From the IMG/VR virus record IMGVR_UViG_3300032233_001310, positions 1 to 39,109 of that record: 39,109 bases of DNA. The stretch is one strand, 5' to 3'. The notes under the pieces were generated by a model, which had not been told where the DNA came from, made no database searches, and saw nothing but the letters and a program-made list of their open reading frames with translations. Below are positions 27,437 through 35,986 of the stretch, piece by piece (position 1 is the stretch's first letter; each line of letters starts with the position of its first letter). The position numbers and the translations under genes were made by a program. The stretch is from a virus (Duplodnaviria > Caudoviricetes).

Positions 27437-29176
27437 CTAGGTCACGCGCCTGACAGTGCCCTCTGGCACGGCGGCTGTGTCCGCGCTGGCGGCTGGATCT
27501 CCGCGCTCAGCGGTCCAGCGTGCGGCGCGTGGCGCTAGTAGTGCGACCAGTGCGTCAGGTCCGTGATCTCCGCGCGACAGGTCGCCGGGATCTAGCGCCG
27601 GTTTTCTGACCTTGCCGGTGGCGGCGTCGCGCTCCAGATTTCGCAGCTGCGCGATCAGCAGCTCACAGCGTGGGCTGATGGCGATGACACTGTGGAGGCT
27701 GGACAGGTCCGTGGTGTCCGCGTCGGTGCGTGCGGTCAGCTCCAGCAGGCGCCGGATGTACCCCACGGTGTTCACGCCACGGCGCTCACCGCCTCCCTCT
27801 TTGTAGCGGCTGAATGGTACGCGCGTGTGGGACTCCGGCATGCCCTGTCGCTGGCGGCGTGTCTCATCCAGTACGCGCGCGAAGGTGGCGTTGGTCCCGG
27901 CTGGTGCGCTGTCGGCGCGGCTGGCGGCGCAGACCGTGTCGTCTGGCAGGTCTGGTCCGGGCAGGCGTGACAGGATCGCGGTGGCTGCGCGTGATGGCTC
28001 AGCGTTGCCCTGTGCCAGCTCATCGATGATGTAGACGCCACCGCCGGGCAGTGGGAGCGCGTAGACGGTGAATGTCTGGAAGTCTCCCCAGTCGGTGCCG
28101 ATCTCTGTGCCCTCTGCTGCGAGCTGGTGCCGGAGGTCCGTGTCGGCGTCCAGTCGTCTGCCTAGCTGCTCCGCGCTGTTGATGCCATCGTGTGGGTAGA
28201 CGGTGACACTGGACAGTCCGGCCAGTGCGTGGTCTGGCGTGTCTGGGTACTCAGCGTTGAACTCTGCGTCACTGAGGTAGTCGGCGCGCTGCTGTTCGCG
28301 CCACTCAGCTGTGCGGTCTGGGCGCGCGTCCCACGGCAGGAACAGTGGTGTGATGGTGGTGCGTCCTGCGACGGCGTCGTCCCAGACGCGGGCGAAGGTG
28401 GCGCCGTCTCCGGTGCGGCCGTTGCCGGTGCTGATGCCGACCAGCTGGCCGCCGCCTTCGATCGTGGGTTGTACGGCGGTCCACACGGCGCGACTGGTGC
28501 CGTGGCGTGCGAAGGCAAACTCATCTAGCACGACCAGTGTGGCCGTCTCCTGCCGGGCTGCTCCCTCCGTGGCTGGCAGTGCGACGATCTCACTGCCGCG
28601 CTCTGGGAGCGCGAATCGTGTGACGCTGTCTTTGCCCGGTGACTGGCGCAGGTAGGTCGGCTGGCGCGCGTGGATCAGCTTGACGCGGTCCAGCAGCTTG
28701 CCCGCGTCGGCGGCGTTCTTACAGAACACCAGTACGCGCGCGCCGGGCGTGTCGGCGGCGTGAGCTATCAGCCAGTAGGCGTAGTGGAGGACCAGCCATG
28801 TCAGTCCCAGTCTGCGCGCCTTCAGGCACCAGACCTTGCTGGTGCCCGCGATGAGGTCCAGTGCGTCGCGCTGCGCTGGCCATAGATCGAAGGGCAGTGG
28901 TGGTCCGCGTGGTGGGTCCACGCTGCCGTAGCCGTCTGCGAACGCGGTGACATCGGTGCGGGCGCGGTGCGTCTCGCGCTCTACCCACGCCTGTGTGAGT
29001 GCGGGACTGTCGGCCAGTGCCATGCGCGTGTCCAGTGGCAGGCGTCGGATGGCGGCTGGGATGAAGTGCCCGCGCCCGGTGTGGTGTGCCGTCCAGTCCG
29101 CCAGCCGGACCAGCTGCGCTGGCGATAGCTGCTCTAGATCTTCTGGCTGTAGTCCGCTGGCTGTCTGTAGCGTCAC
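27437..29176 (-). CDS. terL: Terminase large subunit
   Basis: LWPAQ, Walker A LKARRLGLTW, Walker B VVLDE, ISTGNG, nuclease GTDWG and DHGPDAL; GTG 29176 overlaps the TerS stop. Confidence 0.92.
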   Translation of the reverse strand: MTLQTASGLQPEDLEQLSPAQLVRLADWTAHHTGRGHFIPAAIRRLPLDTRMALADSPALTQAWVERETHRARTDVTAFADGYGSVDPPRGPPLPFDLWPAQRDALDLIAGTSKVWCLKARRLGLTWLVLHYAYWLIAHAADTPGARVLVFCKNAADAGKLLDRVKLIHARQPTYLRQSPGKDSVTRFALPERGSEIVALPATEGAARQETATLVVLDEFAFARHGTSRAVWTAVQPTIEGGGQLVGISTGNGRTGDGATFARVWDDAVAGRTTITPLFLPWDARPDRTAEWREQQRADYLSDAEFNAEYPDTPDHALAGLSSVTVYPHDGINSAEQLGRRLDADTDLRHQLAAEGTEIGTDWGDFQTFTVYALPLPGGGVYIIDELAQGNAEPSRAATAILSRLPGPDLPDDTVCAASRADSAPAGTNATFARVLDETRRQRQGMPESHTRVPFSRYKEGGGERRGVNTVGYIRRLLELTARTDADTTDLSSLHSVIAISPRCELLIAQLRNLERDAATGKVRKPALDPGDLSRGDHGPDALVALLAPRAARWTAERGDPAASADTAAVPEGTVRRVT

Positions 29177-29694
29177 TGGCCGGTGCCGTCTGGCAGACCC
29201 AGCAGCAGGTCGCGCGCGGCGTCCAGCTGCTCTGGCGTGACCTCTGAGTCTGCTGGCGTGTCGTCTGCGTCCTGTCTGTTGCGTCCGTACTTCGCTGGCT
29301 GCGTGCGCTCCAGATACCATGCGGCTGCCTGCCACTGGCCGTTGGCGGCGGCGGCGTTGATGGTCGCTAGTGCGCGCTGTGTGGCGCAGGCGCGTGCGCT
29401 TTCTACTGCGTCCAAGAACGCCAGATAGTCTGGCTGGTTGCCTGTGAGGTGGCTGGTGTCTCCGTCATGCTCTGCGATGATGGCGCGCGCATCGCGGCCG
29501 TGTCTGAGCCAGAGCTGGGCGGTGCTGTAGCCGATGCCTGCGATGCGGCATGCGTCGTCTAGGTACATGCCATCGTGGAGGCACTGGATGATGGTGTCTC
29601 CGATGGTGGTGCCGTCTGCTGTCGGCTCATGTATGCGCAGGCGTCGCCCAGTCCTCTTGCGTCCTCTGGTGCCTGCGGCAGTCTGTTCTGCCAT
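29173..29694 (-). CDS. terS: Terminase small subunit
   Basis: HTH AC.IAGI.YST...W and WQAAAWYLER..P..YG motif; probably leaderless (TACCAT 6 nt before ATG). Confidence 0.85.
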   Translation of the reverse strand: MAEQTAAGTRGRKRTGRRLRIHEPTADGTTIGDTIIQCLHDGMYLDDACRIAGIGYSTAQLWLRHGRDARAIIAEHDGDTSHLTGNQPDYLAFLDAVESARACATQRALATINAAAANGQWQAAAWYLERTQPAKYGRNRQDADDTPADSEVTPEQLDAARDLLLGLPDGTGQ

Positions 29695-29755
29695 GTGGTC
29701 ATGGTAGTGCCCGGTGCGGCTGCGTTCTGTCCGGCTGGCGTGCTGGCCTGTGTGT

Positions 29756-30013
29756 ATGGCTGTGCGTTCGCGCGGTGCTGATGTGGTGATGATCGGTGGT
29801 AGGCGTGTGCCGGTGGATGGTCTGCGGTTGCGTGTCGCTCAGGCTGATGTGGAGGTCGTGGCGCGGTGTCTGGTGGAGCGTGCGGATGAGTCTGCGCGGT
29901 TGGCGGATGGTGCGCGTGGGTCTGATGATGAGCTGGCTGGCAGGCTGGCTGATGAGGCGCGTGTGTTGCGCGGTGTCGCGCGTCAGCTGGTCGGTCGGCC
30001 GTCGCCTGTGTAG
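29756..30013 (+). CDS. Hypothetical helical protein; only plausible plus-strand gene
   Basis: Fills the gap, protein-like composition, stop 7 nt from the convergent gene's stop; start uncertain. Confidence 0.55.
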   Translation: MAVRSRGADVVMIGGRRVPVDGLRLRVAQADVEVVARCLVERADESARLADGARGSDDELAGRLADEARVLRGVARQLVGRPSPV

Positions 30014-30020
30014 TGGTCGG

Positions 30021-30236
30021 TCATCGTGTGGTCGCTCCTGTGCGGCCGCAGGCGCGGCATTGGCGGTAGTGGCGTCCGGTGCGCTTTCGCTCACGGCCGC
30101 TGGCGGTGGTGTCGTGGCGGATGAGTGCTGTGTGGCCGCACTCCAGCTCATCGTAGTGGTAGGTGTGTCCGTCTGGCTCTGTCTGCGTGGTGTAGCCGGT
30201 GATCCGGCGGCGTGGGAGGTGGCGATCGGATCTCAT
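30021..30236 (-). CDS. Small Zn-ribbon protein
   Basis: LECGH...QCRAC; ATGA overlap. Confidence 0.65.
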   Translation of the reverse strand: MRSDRHLPRRRITGYTTQTEPDGHTYHYDELECGHTALIRHDTTASGRERKRTGRHYRQCRACGRTGATTR

Positions 30237-30670
30237 GCTGCCATCTCCTGCTCTGCCTGAGTGACTTGTCGCATGAGCTGGCGTGCGGTGTGGAGGGCAT
30301 CATGCTGTGCGTCGGTGATGTCGATGGTGGGGCTGATGCGTGCGGAGCGCATGTAGGTGGTCCAGCGGCCGACGATGTCGATGACATCTAGGCGCAGGAT
30401 CTCATGCGCGTCCTGATACGCGGTGATGGCGTTGGTGCGTGCTGCGTGGACGGCGTCGGCGCACTGGGCTGCCTGCTGTGCGGCAGTGATGTAGTGCGTG
30501 GCGTCGTTGTAGGCGATGATGACTGCCTCTCTGACTGGTGCGGCTCCCAGTGTCAGCCATTCGTCTGTGCCGATGGCGGTGCTGGTGGCGTCGATGAGTC
30601 GCTGTAGGTCGTCTGCGAGTTGGGCGGTGCTAGCTGTGAGCTGGTCGGTGGTGGTCTGTGTGGTGGTCAT
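30233..30670 (-). CDS. Hypothetical protein
   Basis: CACACAGGAG RBS. Confidence 0.7.
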   Translation of the reverse strand: MTTTQTTTDQLTASTAQLADDLQRLIDATSTAIGTDEWLTLGAAPVREAVIIAYNDATHYITAAQQAAQCADAVHAARTNAITAYQDAHEILRLDVIDIVGRWTTYMRSARISPTIDITDAQHDALHTARQLMRQVTQAEQEMAA

Positions 30671-30711
30671 GGTGGTGTGATCTCCTGTGTGGTCGGTGGT
30701 GGTCTGTGTGG

Positions 30712-31056
30712 TCAGTTGCCGATGAGGTAGCTGCTGCTGTAGCCAGCCCAGTCGTCATGCTCTCCGGTCGTGATGCGGGCGCAGACTCCGCACCACTCAT
30801 CTGGGTGCGTGGCTGCGTCCAGTGCGGCGCGCTTGGTGGCGTGCTGGATGGCGTAGTCGTGGTCGTCGCAGCTGCTGATCCAGCGTCCTCCCTCTGTCTC
30901 ATCGAAGGTGTGTGTCTGGTCGCGGCGTGTGTCTATGACGGAGATCATGGTGCCGGTGGTGCGGTTGGCGCGGTACTGGATGGTGCCGTCTGCGTAGGGC
31001 TGGGCGGTGGTGGGCTGAGTGTTCACGGTGCGCTCCTGTGTGGTCGTTGTGGTCAT
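30712..31056 (-). CDS. Hypothetical Cys/His protein (paralogue of 35442-35702)
   Basis: GRW...C..H...P..WC..C motif; follows promoter copy 4. Confidence 0.75.
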   Translation of the reverse strand: MTTTTTQERTVNTQPTTAQPYADGTIQYRANRTTGTMISVIDTRRDQTHTFDETEGGRWISSCDDHDYAIQHATKRAALDAATHPDEWCGVCARITTGEHDDWAGYSSSYLIGN

Positions 31057-31120
31057 GGGTGAACCGTAGCAGCTATCTGGTGCGTTCGCACGCTGGATGT
31101 GATGTGGCGCGTAGACGCTA
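31054..31120 (-). promoter_or_regulatory. Cassette-head promoter copy 4
   Basis: TAGCGTCTACGCGCCACATCAC; palindrome 31078-31093; TG-C-TACGGT (31063-31068); ATG 6 nt later. Confidence 0.8.
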
Positions 31121-31122
31121 GT

Positions 31123-31148
31123 GCCCGGCCGCTGGTGTGCGACCGGGC
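31123..31148 (-). terminator. Stem-loop between gene stop and promoter copy 4
   Basis: GCCCGGTCGC-ACACCA-GCGGCCGGGC, 10 bp with one G.U. Confidence 0.55.
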
Positions 31149-31158
31149 TGGGCGGCCG

Positions 31159-31596
31159 TCAAGCTCCGTTGCGGAGCTGGTCCAGTGTGTCCTCTAGGCG
31201 CTCCAGTGCGGTGAGGTACGCGCCGCTGGCCTGCTGGCGCTGCTCTACCGTGTCGTGGGCTGAGTGGCGGTAGGCGTAGCCGCGCTCTGCGTAGACTGCC
31301 CTGCGTCCTGTCTCGCGCGCCAGTGCGCCTGCGGACAGGTCGCCTGCGTCCATGAGGCGCTGATCGCGGATGGTCCAGTATGCGGCGTCATACTGCTGGC
31401 GCTGGATCATGGAGTGCGTCATCGACACGACAGTGGCCAGTGCTGGGCAGTGGTGGCGCAGTCGGAGCTGGTCGTATGTGGCAGCGATGATGTTGCCGTC
31501 ATAGAAACGGGCGCACGCTGTCTTCCTGACGCGGCGGAGCTGGAGCAGTGCCGTGTCGTGTGTGGCGTGCTGGTCGGTGGTGGCGTGTGTGGTCAT
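31159..31596 (-). CDS. Hypothetical protein
   Basis: CACACGGAG RBS. Confidence 0.7.
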   Translation of the reverse strand: MTTHATTDQHATHDTALLQLRRVRKTACARFYDGNIIAATYDQLRLRHHCPALATVVSMTHSMIQRQQYDAAYWTIRDQRLMDAGDLSAGALARETGRRAVYAERGYAYRHSAHDTVEQRQQASGAYLTALERLEDTLDQLRNGA

Positions 31597-31620
31597 GGTG
31601 ATCTCCGTGTGGTGGTGTGG

Positions 31621-31902
31621 TCAGCGGGCGATGGTGCTGTGGAGGATTTCGGTGGTGTAGGCGTCCTGATCGTCGGCCAGCACCATCTCGCGCATGGCGC
31701 TGTTGGCCTGTCCCAGTGTGGCGTACTCACGGAACACGGCGCTGGTGCCGTTGCCGTGCGTCACGATGATGACCGCGCCGGGATCGATTGTGCGGCTGAT
31801 GTAGTCCACCAGCTGGTGGTCAGCGGTGATGATGCCGGGCTGCCCTGCCATGATCGTGTGACGGTAGCTGCCTGCTGGGTTCGTGGTCATGTTCATGTTC
31901 AC
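31621..31902 (-). CDS. Hypothetical protein
   Basis: CACACAGGAG RBS then GTG-AAC-ATG; follows promoter copy 5. Confidence 0.7.
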   Translation of the reverse strand: MNMNMTTNPAGSYRHTIMAGQPGIITADHQLVDYISRTIDPGAVIIVTHGNGTSAVFREYATLGQANSAMREMVLADDQDAYTTEILHSTIAR

Positions 31903-31932
31903 TGGCTCCTGTGTGGTGTGGTCTGTGTGGTC

Positions 31933-32014
31933 ATCAGGCGATTGCCCGATGTCTGAACAATACACACTGCGCGTGCGTTCGCAAGCGTGGATGTGGTGTG
32001 GCGCGTTGGCGCTA
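31933..32014 (-). promoter_or_regulatory. Cassette-head promoter copy 5 with +1 hairpin
   Basis: TTGCGA-16-TATTGT; palindrome 31971-31986; hairpin ATCGGGC-AATC-GCCTGAT at 31933-31950. Confidence 0.8.
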
Positions 32015-32422
32015 TGCGTCAGGCATGTGGTCCAGCAGGTGACTGATGCGCCGCTGGCGGTCATCGTCACTGAGTACCGTGCCGCGCCGTGGCGCTGATG
32101 CTGCCGCGATGTAGCCGGTGATGACGGCGGCCAGTGCGGTCATCGCCGCGCCGTACCTCTGGGCGGCTCCACTGTCGGATGGGTCTGTGGCCATCAGCTC
32201 CAGCTCAGCGCGTGCGGCCCAGACGAAGTAGTTGCGGGCGTCGATCAGCTCCAGTGTGCCCTCTGCGATCTGATCGCGGCCGTGTGTGACGACTGGGCCG
32301 GGCAGTCGTCTCTGGTCGGCGTCGGCGTCTAGGCGACGGACCAGTGGATGGCCTGCGTGCCCGGCGGCGGCGGCGGCCGCGTCTGTCAGCTGGCGCTCAT
32401 GGTGTGGGTCATCACTCAGCAC
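32012..32422 (-). CDS. Possible all-alpha (MazG-like) nucleotide pyrophosphohydrolase
   Basis: GRD.I.E..LELIDARNY acidic helix motif; start estimated at GTG 32422. Confidence 0.45.
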   Translation of the reverse strand: MLSDDPHHERQLTDAAAAAAGHAGHPLVRRLDADADQRRLPGPVVTHGRDQIAEGTLELIDARNYFVWAARAELELMATDPSDSGAAQRYGAAMTALAAVITGYIAAASAPRRGTVLSDDDRQRRISHLLDHMPDA

Positions 32423-33686
32423 GGTAGTGCCGGTCACGGTACAGCAGTGCGCCGCCAGCGTAGGTGGCGAGATCCACGCTGTAGGTGCCGTCTGGATGGA
32501 TGTCGGCGGTGGCGAAGCCCTGTTGCCAGTCTGGACTGATGGCGTACCCCATGCCGCCACGGATCTGCGCGAGTGTGCCTGCCTCACATCCCAGCAGCGT
32601 GTGTGGGACGCCGTCGATGTCGTGTGTCGTGTGGTGGACGATGGACTGGCGGTGAGTGTGGCCGATGATGACGCTGTGGCGCAGGTGATCGATGGTGGAC
32701 AGTGCGCTGGCGCCGCTGCCTCTGCGCGCGATCCAGCCGTGGCGTGCGGCCAGTGTGTCGGAGAGCCTGACCTGCGCGTGTTCGTAGGTGCCGTCCGTGC
32801 GAACGAAGTCAATGCCTAGATCGCGGAGGCGCAGCAGGTACGGCGTGGTGAGGACGCCATCGGGCTGGCGTGCGTCGTCTGCCGTGTCGGAGTCCGGTGC
32901 TGGCCGTGCGGTGGTCAGTCCGTACAGTGAGCCGATCTGGTCCAGCACCGTGTTGCGCAGCCGTGCCTCATGGTTGCCGTCCAGCATGACCCAGCGTGTG
33001 CGTGGTGATGCCTGCGTGTAGCTGGCCAGCAGCTGGTGGCCAGCGTCGATGGTGGCCTGTACGGATGCGGTCCACTCTGGATTGCGTCTGTGCCGACTGA
33101 CGGCGTCTAGGTCCAGCAGGTCGCCCAGTATGACTCCGACATCTGGCTGGTAGTCGTGGAGCCATGACAGGACCAGCTGGTGGAGGTCGGTGTCATGGTG
33201 TGGGCAGTGGTGGTCGCCTAGCAGGACGATGCGCTGCGTGTCGTGTGATGGCGTGATGAGTGGCGTGCGGCCGTCCAGTGATGGTGTGTCCAGCATGGCG
33301 GCTGGTGCGAGTAGTGATGCGCGTGGCTCCAGATCGACGCGGAGCTGTGTGGCCAGTGTGCCGTCTGCCTGCGTCCACTCATTCACGCGGCATCGCACGA
33401 TCAGCCACTGGTCTGGATCAAGGCCACGGCGTGCGATGAGCTGGCGTGCGTCTCCCCACTCTGCTGGGTCATCGCTGGTGACGCTGCGTGTGGCAGTGTC
33501 GATCTCCTGCGGTTTCCCTGTGCTGGGCACTGATGGCTTGATGCCCAGTGTGTGGCAGCGGTAGCGGACTGTGCCCGGTGGCCAGTCCAGCACGCGGCCC
33601 ATCTCTGCGAATGATCGACAGGATGCTGCGACCTGCTCCAGTGTGGAGCGGTGCTGCTCCATGTCCTGCGTGCGCGGTTGGGCCAC
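32412..33686 (-). CDS. Calcineurin-like metallophosphoesterase with N-terminal HTH
   Basis: GDHH, LGDLLD, GNHE, RHG, GHTHR motifs. Confidence 0.88.
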   Translation of the reverse strand: MAQPRTQDMEQHRSTLEQVAASCRSFAEMGRVLDWPPGTVRYRCHTLGIKPSVPSTGKPQEIDTATRSVTSDDPAEWGDARQLIARRGLDPDQWLIVRCRVNEWTQADGTLATQLRVDLEPRASLLAPAAMLDTPSLDGRTPLITPSHDTQRIVLLGDHHCPHHDTDLHQLVLSWLHDYQPDVGVILGDLLDLDAVSRHRRNPEWTASVQATIDAGHQLLASYTQASPRTRWVMLDGNHEARLRNTVLDQIGSLYGLTTARPAPDSDTADDARQPDGVLTTPYLLRLRDLGIDFVRTDGTYEHAQVRLSDTLAARHGWIARRGSGASALSTIDHLRHSVIIGHTHRQSIVHHTTHDIDGVPHTLLGCEAGTLAQIRGGMGYAISPDWQQGFATADIHPDGTYSVDLATYAGGALLYRDRHYRAE

Positions 33687-33710
33687 ACATACAGGGTAGG
33701 TGTACCTGCC

Positions 33711-33836
33711 GACAGGCTAACAGCATGCTGGGTGCCAGCGCCCGGTGGCGACCACAGCCTTGTGGGTCATCTCAGCACTAGCGCAGTGGTGAACGCACCG
33801 CGCTGTGCCCAGCTCCCAGCACACTGTTAGCCCGTC
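33711..33836 (-). ncRNA. Candidate structured RNA (multibranch)
   Basis: 22-bp closing stem fully paired on the minus strand (3 G.U), two internal hairpins, -10-like TACACT at 33855-33860. Confidence 0.55.
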
Positions 33837-33919
33837 TCAGTCAGGGCACAGCCCAGTGTACCTGACACTGGGACTGGCTCCTGATGGATCTGCCGCTGTA
33901 CGCCGCGATTGTGCGCCCG

Positions 33920-34438
33920 TCACAGCGGCAGCACTGCCTGTCCAGTGTCGGTGGAGTGGCGTGCCATGAGGTCGCGCAGATCGAATGGCTCCCCTAGCGC
34001 GTCGCTGATCGTGACTGTCTGCGTGTCGTCCAGCCTGAGCAGTCGGCTGTTGTACAGCAGCGCGTACTTCGGGATGCGGCACTGGCCGCTCAGCCATGCC
34101 TCTCCGTGTGGTGTCACGCGCCAGTAGCCTGCGTGCCCTCCGTCATCGCGGCGCGCGGGCATCGGCTGGACCAGTCCCCAGTGCCGCATTTTGGCGACCT
34201 CTCCGCCACCGGCGCTGCGCTCCACATCCCTGACATGGACCCAGTGGCCCACTCCTGCGGTGCGGTACATGGCCAGCAGCTCTCGCGCCATGCCGCTATT
34301 GACTCTCCGGCGGTACACCTTCGCCATCTGCTGGCAGCATGGGCAGGTGTGGCCGTCCGTGACCAGAGTGCGGAGCAGGTCGCGCGCCTCTGCCAGTGTC
34401 ATGTCGTCGGTGAATCGGTGGAGGTAGTCATCGCTCAT
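33920..34438 (-). CDS. Zn-finger / winged-helix-like DNA-binding protein
   Basis: CPCCQQ, KMRHWGLV, YWRVTPHG; ATGA overlap. Confidence 0.7.
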   Translation of the reverse strand: MSDDYLHRFTDDMTLAEARDLLRTLVTDGHTCPCCQQMAKVYRRRVNSGMARELLAMYRTAGVGHWVHVRDVERSAGGGEVAKMRHWGLVQPMPARRDDGGHAGYWRVTPHGEAWLSGQCRIPKYALLYNSRLLRLDDTQTVTISDALGEPFDLRDLMARHSTDTGQAVLPL

Positions 34439-34725
34439 GCTGGTGCCGTCCTGTCGTGGTCGGATGGATCGCGGCCGGATGCTGTCAGTGTGCGCTCCAG
34501 TGCGTCGATCGATGCCATGAGGACTGAGCGGACGCGCTGCTGTCGGCGTGCCATGTGGCCGGTCCACTGGTGGTCATGCTCATCGATGTCAGCGACCTCT
34601 GTGAGCGCAGCGTCGCGCAGCGCGTACATCTGCTGGGCGGTCAGCGTGATCTGGATGGCTGCTGGCGCCGGTGTGACCAGCCGCAGGTGCGGCCGGTCAC
34701 TGGTGGTGTCAGAACGGGATGTCAT
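34435..34725 (-). CDS. Hypothetical protein
   Basis: Tiles between SSB and the next gene. Confidence 0.55.
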   Translation of the reverse strand: MTSRSDTTSDRPHLRLVTPAPAAIQITLTAQQMYALRDAALTEVADIDEHDHQWTGHMARRQQRVRSVLMASIDALERTLTASGRDPSDHDRTAPA

Positions 34726-35152
34726 CGGTGCTGACTCCTGTGGCCGCTGGCGGCTCCATGTCGCTGGTGTCGATGGCGATGCTGGGCTGTGACTGCGGCC
34801 GTGCCGTGGGCTGGTCCTGCTGCTGGTCGGTGCGGAGGAACTGGACGGTGTCAGCGATGATCTGGACTGCCTGACGCTTAGCGCCGTCCTGCTCCCACTC
34901 TCGCCAGTCCAGTCGGCCGTCTACTGCGACGCCGCTGCCGCGTGTGAGGTACTGCGCGCAGTTCTGGCCGTGCGCTCCCCATGCGACCACATCGAAGTAG
35001 TTTGGCTTGTCCTCCCACTGGCCGTCCGCTCCCTTGCGGCGGCTGTTCACAGCCACGCGCATCTGGCAGACGCTGGTGCTGCCGACCTCTCGCAGCTCTG
35101 GATCGCGCGTCAGATTGCCCGTCACGACGACGCGGTTGATGTTGGATGCCAT
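34709..35152 (-). CDS. ssb: Single-stranded DNA-binding protein
   Basis: NINRVVVTGNLTRDPELR, GRL..REW, C-terminal DDIPF. Confidence 0.95.
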   Translation of the reverse strand: MASNINRVVVTGNLTRDPELREVGSTSVCQMRVAVNSRRKGADGQWEDKPNYFDVVAWGAHGQNCAQYLTRGSGVAVDGRLDWREWEQDGAKRQAVQIIADTVQFLRTDQQQDQPTARPQSQPSIAIDTSDMEPPAATGVSTDDIPF

Positions 35153-35445
35153 CAGGCATGTCCTCCTGTGTTCGATGGTCCAGCTGACGGTCGCCAGCTG
35201 GTGCTGCCAGTGCGGACGATCAGGCCATCACTGGCCATGATCGCATCGCAGTCTGCGCAGATGTAGTGCCCTGCCCACTGGCCGCCGATCGTCGGCTCCG
35301 TGAGTGTGCCATCGGGCAGGCAGGTGTGGTAGCCGGTGCCTCCGCTGGTGTTGCCGCACGCGCACAGCCACTCATCGGTGTCCTGCTCCCGGCGGATGTA
35401 TGCGGCGGCGATCATGCGTGCGGCTGCTAGGTCAGTGCTGGTCAT
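35152..35445 (-). CDS. Small Zn-binding protein
   Basis: CACGN...CADC; ATGA overlap. Confidence 0.7.
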   Translation of the reverse strand: MTSTDLAAARMIAAAYIRREQDTDEWLCACGNTSGGTGYHTCLPDGTLTEPTIGGQWAGHYICADCDAIMASDGLIVRTGSTSWRPSAGPSNTGGHA

Positions 35446-35702
35446 CGCTGCGTGTCCTCCGTGTGGTCGTGTCCGTCCCGGCATGAGTCGCACCAGTCGT
35501 GTGGCGTGCGGGCTGTGTCGATGGCCAGTGCGAGAGTCGCGCTGGCGACGGTGTCGCCGTGTCCCTCACATACGGTGATCCAGCGGCCGTCTGTGGCGTC
35601 CAGTCCCTGTGCGGCGGCGCTGTAGACGACTACGGGCATGGAGGTGACTGGGCTGCGCTTCTGGTAGCGGTAGCCAGCCAGCTGTGTGTAGTCGGTGGTC
35701 AT
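35442..35702 (-). CDS. Hypothetical Cys/His protein (paralogue of 30712-31056)
   Basis: GRWITVCEGH...PHDWCDSC; AGGAG RBS. Confidence 0.7.
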   Translation of the reverse strand: MTTDYTQLAGYRYQKRSPVTSMPVVVYSAAAQGLDATDGRWITVCEGHGDTVASATLALAIDTARTPHDWCDSCRDGHDHTEDTQR

Positions 35703-35959
35703 CGTGCCAGCTCCTGCTGGATCAGCATGTCCATGTGGTAGCCGCAATGCTCCCGGCTGTCCTCATGGCCGCAGAAGGTCGCTCCGGTCAGGCAGGTGTC
35801 CGTGGTGTCGCCGTGCGAGTCGGAGTAGACCAGCCACCGCTGGCCTGCGCGGACTGGGCTGCCATCGTTCTTCACTGCGATGTAGTGCGTCTGGCCGTAG
35901 CGGTAGACGCCGTCGCAGATGCGGTGCCAGCGCGTGCGTGTGTGTGAGGTCGTGGTCAT
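35699..35959 (-). CDS. Hypothetical protein
   Basis: GGAG RBS; ATGA overlap. Confidence 0.65.
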   Translation of the reverse strand: MTTTSHTRTRWHRICDGVYRYGQTHYIAVKNDGSPVRAGQRWLVYSDSHGDTTDTCLTGATFCGHEDSREHCGYHMDMLIQQELAR

Positions 35960-35986
35960 CGTGTGTCTCCAGTCGTGGTCGTGTGG

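Noticed and set aside
27437-29335. Intein/intron or N-terminal extension in TerL
   Set aside because: Motif spacing is normal and no splice motifs were seen; the extra N-terminus in the ORF track overlaps terS, and the likely start is 29176
32794-32810. Operator-like GTGCGAACG inside the phosphoesterase gene
   Set aside because: Right arm is not palindromic and there is no -10 at the expected spacing; likely chance
33711-33836. tRNA, tmRNA or SRP RNA
   Set aside because: No cloverleaf with canonical T-loop/CCA and no SRP GNRA domain motif
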